DNA from: Candidatus Altiarchaeales archaeon IMC4
Lineage (GTDB): Archaea; Altiarchaeota; Altiarchaeia; IMC4
Reading direction: 5' to 3'
Length of the DNA stretch: 10,277 bases
Assembly (NCBI GenBank): GCA_001742785.1
Contig: MCBF01000001.1
Location: forward strand, 873,303 to 883,579
Below the pieces are notes generated by a model. The model saw nothing but the letters and a program-made list of their open reading frames with translations. It had not been told where the DNA came from and did not search any database. Both the position numbers and the translations under genes were made by a program. Below, piece by piece: positions 6,363 to 10,277 of the stretch (positions are counted from its first letter, which is position 1; each line of letters opens with the position of its first letter).

Positions 6363-7853
6363 TTAAAATAATTCCCTGTCCTGAACGTAGCTTTTGCCGA
6401 GTTTAAGCGCGATCTCTGCCTTGTATACCTCCTTGCCCAGGTAGGCGGCATGCTCGCTCGTCAGTGTTATCTTGTTTAGTATCGCCTTGTACAAATCCTT
6501 TGCATCCCTTCCCCTGAAGCCCTCGACGGGCGTTTTGTCTTTGTAGTAGAGGACGTTTATCATGTCGGTGAGGTATATGCGAAACGAGTGTGGCTCGATC
6601 ATTTTTATGCCTGTTTTCGCAACGCAAGTGAATGGAACCCCATTTGTTTCAGGTATCATGTCCTCATGCTCCTTGTCCTTGAAGTAAAGCATGTCGATGT
6701 AGAGGTCTTTCGGCACCTGGTGCCGCAGGCCTGCAACATGCATCATCCTTGACGCCTTCGCGAGCTCTGCCACGCAGCCCGTTGTTTTCCTGCTGGCCTC
6801 CGTCGTGAAGACTATGTCTATGTTCATCTCGCAGCATGCGCCCGCGATGAGTGCGTTGATTCCGACGGAATCCGCATCAAAGAGCTCCGTCACGTTTCCT
6901 GCGCCCATGAGCATCGGCGTCTCCTGGTGCTTTTGCCTGAACTGGTAGTATGCGGCCATCGAGCGCACAAAACCGAGGTTCACCGGTTCAAGGATGGGGT
7001 CCGCAACTATCTTGTCGAAGCCTTCGCGGCCGAGCTTTTCAATAGTTGCCTCAAGCACCCTTGCCCTTTCTTCAGGCTCCGGCGGGATCCCGTTTTTGTC
7101 CCTTGGGATAACGACCACCGGAACGTCGATGCTCGGCATTATGCGGCGGTTGGACTCGTCAATGCTCAGCACAAGGTCTGCCCCTGCATCAACGCCTGCC
7201 AGTATCTCTTTCTCGTCAGTGGAATCGATACTTATGGGAACGTCGATTTCCCTTCTCAAAACGTCGAAAATGTGCGCTATCCTCTGGTGGTTGTCCTCGC
7301 CAGAGGTCATCCCGACATCTACAATCGCGGCGCCAGAATCGACATAGTATTTCGCCTTCTTCGCAAGGCAATCGTCCGAAAGTTTCGCCGCATCTGGGAT
7401 CTCGGCAAGGACATGCGTTACCCCTGTGCCGATTCCAAGACCTCCGATCATGAGGCGGGGCTTTCTCTTGAGCGCCTTCATGTATTCGGTTTCCATGTCC
7501 TTGTTGATCTGTTCCTTCAGAATCTCGTCGGCCGGAACCTCGCTGGACAGTTTCACGCTGTAGACTAAATCCAAAACCATCGGCAGGTCTGCGATGTAGC
7601 GCGGCCCCTTGAAACAGATAACCCCAAGTTCCTTCGTTACTCCGGAAAAGTCGCCCCTCATCCCTCCGGGAACTATTATCATGGATATGCCGCTTAGGTC
7701 TCTTTTCTTAAGTTCGGCGATTATCGTCTCTTTGGAAAGAAGGGATGCGACATCGGTTTGGCAAACGTGGATCTCGCAGTCCTGCCTCTTGCCGACCCTC
7801 GCCTTCACATCTTTTTGCGCTGTCCGCCCGGTAACGAGAAGGATTTTTTTCAT
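6363..7853 (-). CDS. Dihydropteroate synthase-like protein (archaeal MJ0107-type, pterin-binding barrel with C-terminal DUF4346-like domain)
   Basis: KILLVTGR N-terminus, GAAIVDVG, PISIDS, IVADPILEP, GAGNVTELFDADSVGIN, TTEASRK, and C-terminal EHAAYLGKEVYKAEIALKLGKSYVQD. Confidence 0.9.
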   Translation of the reverse strand: MKKILLVTGRTAQKDVKARVGKRQDCEIHVCQTDVASLLSKETIIAELKKRDLSGISMIIVPGGMRGDFSGVTKELGVICFKGPRYIADLPMVLDLVYSVKLSSEVPADEILKEQINKDMETEYMKALKRKPRLMIGGLGIGTGVTHVLAEIPDAAKLSDDCLAKKAKYYVDSGAAIVDVGMTSGEDNHQRIAHIFDVLRREIDVPISIDSTDEKEILAGVDAGADLVLSIDESNRRIMPSIDVPVVVIPRDKNGIPPEPEERARVLEATIEKLGREGFDKIVADPILEPVNLGFVRSMAAYYQFRQKHQETPMLMGAGNVTELFDADSVGINALIAGACCEMNIDIVFTTEASRKTTGCVAELAKASRMMHVAGLRHQVPKDLYIDMLYFKDKEHEDMIPETNGVPFTCVAKTGIKMIEPHSFRIYLTDMINVLYYKDKTPVEGFRGRDAKDLYKAILNKITLTSEHAAYLGKEVYKAEIALKLGKSYVQDRELF

Positions 7854-8239
7854 CAGTCGATAATTATCTCAACCACATCGCCGTCCGAAACCCTAAGTTT
7901 CTCACGCAGGTTTACGCCGGCCACGATTTCGACCTGATTCTTGTGCCTTGTTTTTTCGGGGATTGTGATGTAACACCGCGCTCTTTTTTCTGCGAAAGCT
8001 ACTGTGGCAGGTATCAACAAAACCGCATGAAAGGTCTCGCCTTTTTCTGTAAACCCACCTATCCTTATAGAATTTAAATCAAATGCAGAAAAATCGGGCT
8101 TTTGCCTTACGGCGACGTTCAGGGTGCCCGGAAAAAAATCAGTGCCTAATGACCTCTTGAATTCTTTGCTGTATCGTTCAGTATAACGCGACCCCTCGCC
8201 AAGCCCGCAGCAAACGGAGCCGGCAAAAGAGAATGCCAA
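7853..8239 (-). CDS. ribK: CTP-dependent riboflavin kinase (no HTH domain)
   Basis: GLGEGSRY, FPGTLNV, P..T.H, EIVAGVNLREKL.V.DGD.V motifs of the MJ0056 family; TTG start; its stop overlaps the next start by 1 nt. Confidence 0.88.
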   Translation of the reverse strand: MAFSFAGSVCCGLGEGSRYTERYSKEFKRSLGTDFFPGTLNVAVRQKPDFSAFDLNSIRIGGFTEKGETFHAVLLIPATVAFAEKRARCYITIPEKTRHKNQVEIVAGVNLREKLRVSDGDVVEIIID

Positions 8240-8240
8240 T

Positions 8241-8432
8241 TTATATGTCCTTGTCTATGGTATCAATGACTTCCGCGTTGGGGAACAGTTCGGCCTTTCC
8301 CCCGGAGGGCGTTGTCAGCGGCTTGTCGCAGACAAGGCACTTGACCTTCGTCGAGGCGCAGCTGAAAACGCTCTGCTCGTTGCCGCAGTCCTTGCACTTG
8401 ACCATCAAAAATCTGCTCTTTGTCTTTCTCAT
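8241..8432 (-). CDS. rps27e: 30S ribosomal protein S27e
   Basis: [47 protein letters not shown] zinc ribbon. The start is most likely ATG 8432, overlapping the rpl44e stop (ATGA), not 8492 as in the track. Confidence 0.96.
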   Translation of the reverse strand: MRKTKSRFLMVKCKDCGNEQSVFSCASTKVKCLVCDKPLTTPSGGKAELFPNAEVIDTIDKDI

Positions 8433-8710
8433 TTTATCTCCACTGCCTTTTTCGTCCTTGCGCTGTACAGGCGCTGGTGCTTCTTTTTGCACGTCTTGCA
8501 GGTTAAAATGATGACCGTCCTTTTTCCGATTTTGTTAACCGGCTTTTTCGGGGTCCTCGGGGATCCGCCGTAGCCCTTCTTTACCTCCTCGTATTTCCTG
8601 CGGCCCTCACTCATCGTGCGCTCCTTTCCCTTTCTCGACAAGCGCAGTTCATGCTCTGTGTGCGCATTGCATTTTGGACAATTGGTTCTTATCTTTTCGG
8701 GTAGTTTCAT
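8429..8710 (-). CDS. rpl44e: 50S ribosomal protein L44e
   Basis: [20 protein letters not shown]...GYGGSPR...[10 protein letters not shown], directly upstream of S27e as is usual in archaea. Confidence 0.96.
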   Translation of the reverse strand: MKLPEKIRTNCPKCNAHTEHELRLSRKGKERTMSEGRRKYEEVKKGYGGSPRTPKKPVNKIGKRTVIILTCKTCKKKHQRLYSARTKKAVEIK

Positions 8711-8755
8711 CGTGAATCAAGAGTTTAATATTGGTAGTGGTATATTAAAAATAGA

Positions 8756-9277
8756 TTAAACCTTCTCGGCGGCGCCGTGCTCCACGAGCAAAGAGGCGTT
8801 TTCCAGCGGAAGCTCGACGATGTCACCCTCTGCAAACGGGCCGTAGTGCTTGGAGTCCGCGCCGATTATCGCAGGGAATGCCGATATGAACCTCACGGTC
8901 GTTTTGCCGTCGGATTCAGCGGACTCCGTCTGCTTGGGTTTCTCGGAGGGTTTGCTTTTTTCGGCGGGCGGGGCTTCATTCACGGCCTGCCCCATATAAA
9001 CCTTTAGCGCACCAAGGATCTCCTCATATATCTTTTTCTCGGCCTTGGTGAGATTTGCGGGAAGCGACGGCTCGGCATCCATAAGGTGGCGAAGCATCTT
9101 GTTTTTTCTTCGCTCTAAGATGTCGTCCATCAGCGCCCTGAAATGCCCCTGATACTCCTTGGGCAGAACGGAAAACGCCTTGTTGTAATCCGAGAACAGA
9201 TTGTCGTCTATCTTCTGAAGCGGCACCGATGCGCGCTCGTTCCTTTGTATCATCTGCAGGTCAGCGTAGGTCAGCAT
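8756..9277 (-). CDS. DNA replication complex GINS subunit (Gins51/Gins15 type)
   Basis: Helical A domain (ERRKNK, NLTKAEKKIY), a low-complexity linker and a C-terminal B domain (IIGADSKHYGPFAEGDIVELPLENASLLVEHGAAE); conserved position upstream of rpl44e-rps27e. Confidence 0.9.
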   Translation of the reverse strand: MLTYADLQMIQRNERASVPLQKIDDNLFSDYNKAFSVLPKEYQGHFRALMDDILERRKNKMLRHLMDAEPSLPANLTKAEKKIYEEILGALKVYMGQAVNEAPPAEKSKPSEKPKQTESAESDGKTTVRFISAFPAIIGADSKHYGPFAEGDIVELPLENASLLVEHGAAEKV

Positions 9278-9286
9278 CTTGACAAG

Positions 9287-9398
9287 AAAAATTCAACTTT
9301 AAGTTGAATTTTTGCGTTCGCAAAACTTCAAAGAAGTTTTGGAAACCAAAAGTGCTTGCACTTTTGCGTTCCTCATTATAAAGTTGAACTTTATAATG
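9287..9398. repeat. Intergenic array of four perfect hairpins (two stacked double-hairpin modules)
   Basis: AAAAATTCAACTT-T-AAGTTGAATTTTT (9287-9313); CAAAACTTC-AAA-GAAGTTTTG (9321-9341); CAAAAGTGC-TT-GCACTTTTG (9347-9366); CATTATAAAGTT-G-AACTTTATAATG (9374-9398). Confidence 0.93.
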
Positions 9399-9423
9399 CG
9401 GATAAGAAAACGCGAATTATGCC

Positions 9424-10143
9424 CTAAAATATCCGCTCTTTCGGGAATACCTTTATCCCTCTCTCGAACTTGAACGGGGCAAGCTTTGTCATGTGGTCGG
9501 TGCCGCGCATCTTGAGCACCTCGATTGCACGTTCCCGCATCGCATCCTTGCGTATGTTATATATCTTCACAACGCCGTCCATCAGGAACTCTATGGGGCT
9601 TGTCGTTTCATCCCCGAAACCCCCGTGCGATTCCTCTATTATCAATGACGTGCAGTCGCGCTCCTCAAGCCATTCGCATAGTTTGAATACGGACTTTCTT
9701 CTTTCGCCGGAGTCCGGTATCAGAAGATGCAGCGTGGATATCGAATCTATGACCACGCGCTTGGCGTTCATCTCTCTCATTACGTCCTCTATTACGCTGA
9801 ACTGCTCCTTTATGACGTGCAGTATGTCTTCGGGGGGAATCCTTATGATCTTCAGTTCCCCGTTGTATTCCAGTTCGTTCAAGTCCCAGCCGTAGCGCAT
9901 CATGTACCTTTTTATCTTTTCCGGGCGCTCCTCGAGGGATATGTAAAGCCCGTGCTCGCCCCTTTTTGCGCCCTCGTAGAGGAACTGCATGCAGAATGTC
10001 GACTTGCCGGTTCCGCACCCGCCGGCCACAAGAACCACACTGTTCCTCTCGAATCCGCCCTCGACCATCTCATCGAATCCCGGGATGCCTGTCGGAATCC
10101 TGCTGGTTACGGATCTTTTGGCTTTTATTTCATCAGATTCCAT
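9424..10143 (-). CDS. Single-domain KaiC/RAD55-like RecA-superfamily ATPase
   Basis: RIPTGIPGFDEM, Walker A GGCGTGKS, SLEE, Walker B VVIDS, DGVV and KMRG motifs; 239 aa; ends in TAG. Confidence 0.93.
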   Translation of the reverse strand: MESDEIKAKRSVTSRIPTGIPGFDEMVEGGFERNSVVLVAGGCGTGKSTFCMQFLYEGAKRGEHGLYISLEERPEKIKRYMMRYGWDLNELEYNGELKIIRIPPEDILHVIKEQFSVIEDVMREMNAKRVVIDSISTLHLLIPDSGERRKSVFKLCEWLEERDCTSLIIEESHGGFGDETTSPIEFLMDGVVKIYNIRKDAMRERAIEVLKMRGTDHMTKLAPFKFERGIKVFPKERIF

Positions 10144-10277
10144 CGCTGGGTAATATAATCTTGGTTTTAACTGGTTAATTAATAGACATGTTGCTTAATA
10201 AGCCAAAATTCGACCTCTGCATAGCGGTTTTGGGCAAAAAGCCAAAAAACCGCCACAGCATAGCGAAAAATGAGTTA

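Noticed and set aside
8433..8492. N-terminal extension of S27e given by the ORF track
   Set aside because: It overlaps rpl44e; the ATG at 8432 gives a normal-length protein with an ATGA overlap.
8724..8749. TTTAATAT-N10-ATATTAAA inverted repeat upstream of rpl44e as an operator or hairpin module
   Set aside because: AT-only arms in an AT-rich spacer, overlapping a likely TATA box, are easily explained by chance; the long loop is unlike the modules.
9287..9398. CRISPR array or tRNA/ncRNA
   Set aside because: There is no repeated unit with spacers, no cas genes, and no cloverleaf or tRNA consensus; the hairpins differ from each other.
9424..10143. Circadian clock KaiC or RadA recombinase
   Set aside because: It has a single ATPase domain, no kaiA/kaiB nearby, and no RadA N-terminal HhH domain; it fits the generic archaeal KaiC-like family.

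Overview
Archaeal chromosomal region; an Altiarchaeota/DPANN-like lineage is my inference from gene content. Most genes are on the minus strand: KaiC-like ATPase, GINS (Gins51-type), rpl44e, rps27e, CTP-dependent riboflavin kinase, dihydropteroate-synthase-like protein, short archaeal purA, a frameshifted DUF460 gene, a TrbC/VirB2-like pilin, and two tandem acylphosphatase/coiled-coil paralogs, the second carrying an in-frame TAG. At the left end a Dol-P-sugar-synthase-like GT2 (runs off the window) is divergent from a GT-C membrane glycosyltransferase. The most unusual signal is a set of ~51-55 nt double-hairpin DNA modules at three places. Two sit in frame inside coiled-coil coding segments (2570-2623, 4587-4637), and removing them restores the heptad register. 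A stacked pair lies between genes (9287-9398). The modules share architecture and mostly TTTG/CAAA arm motifs but not overall sequence, which suggests a small palindromic mobile element or micro-intron family.
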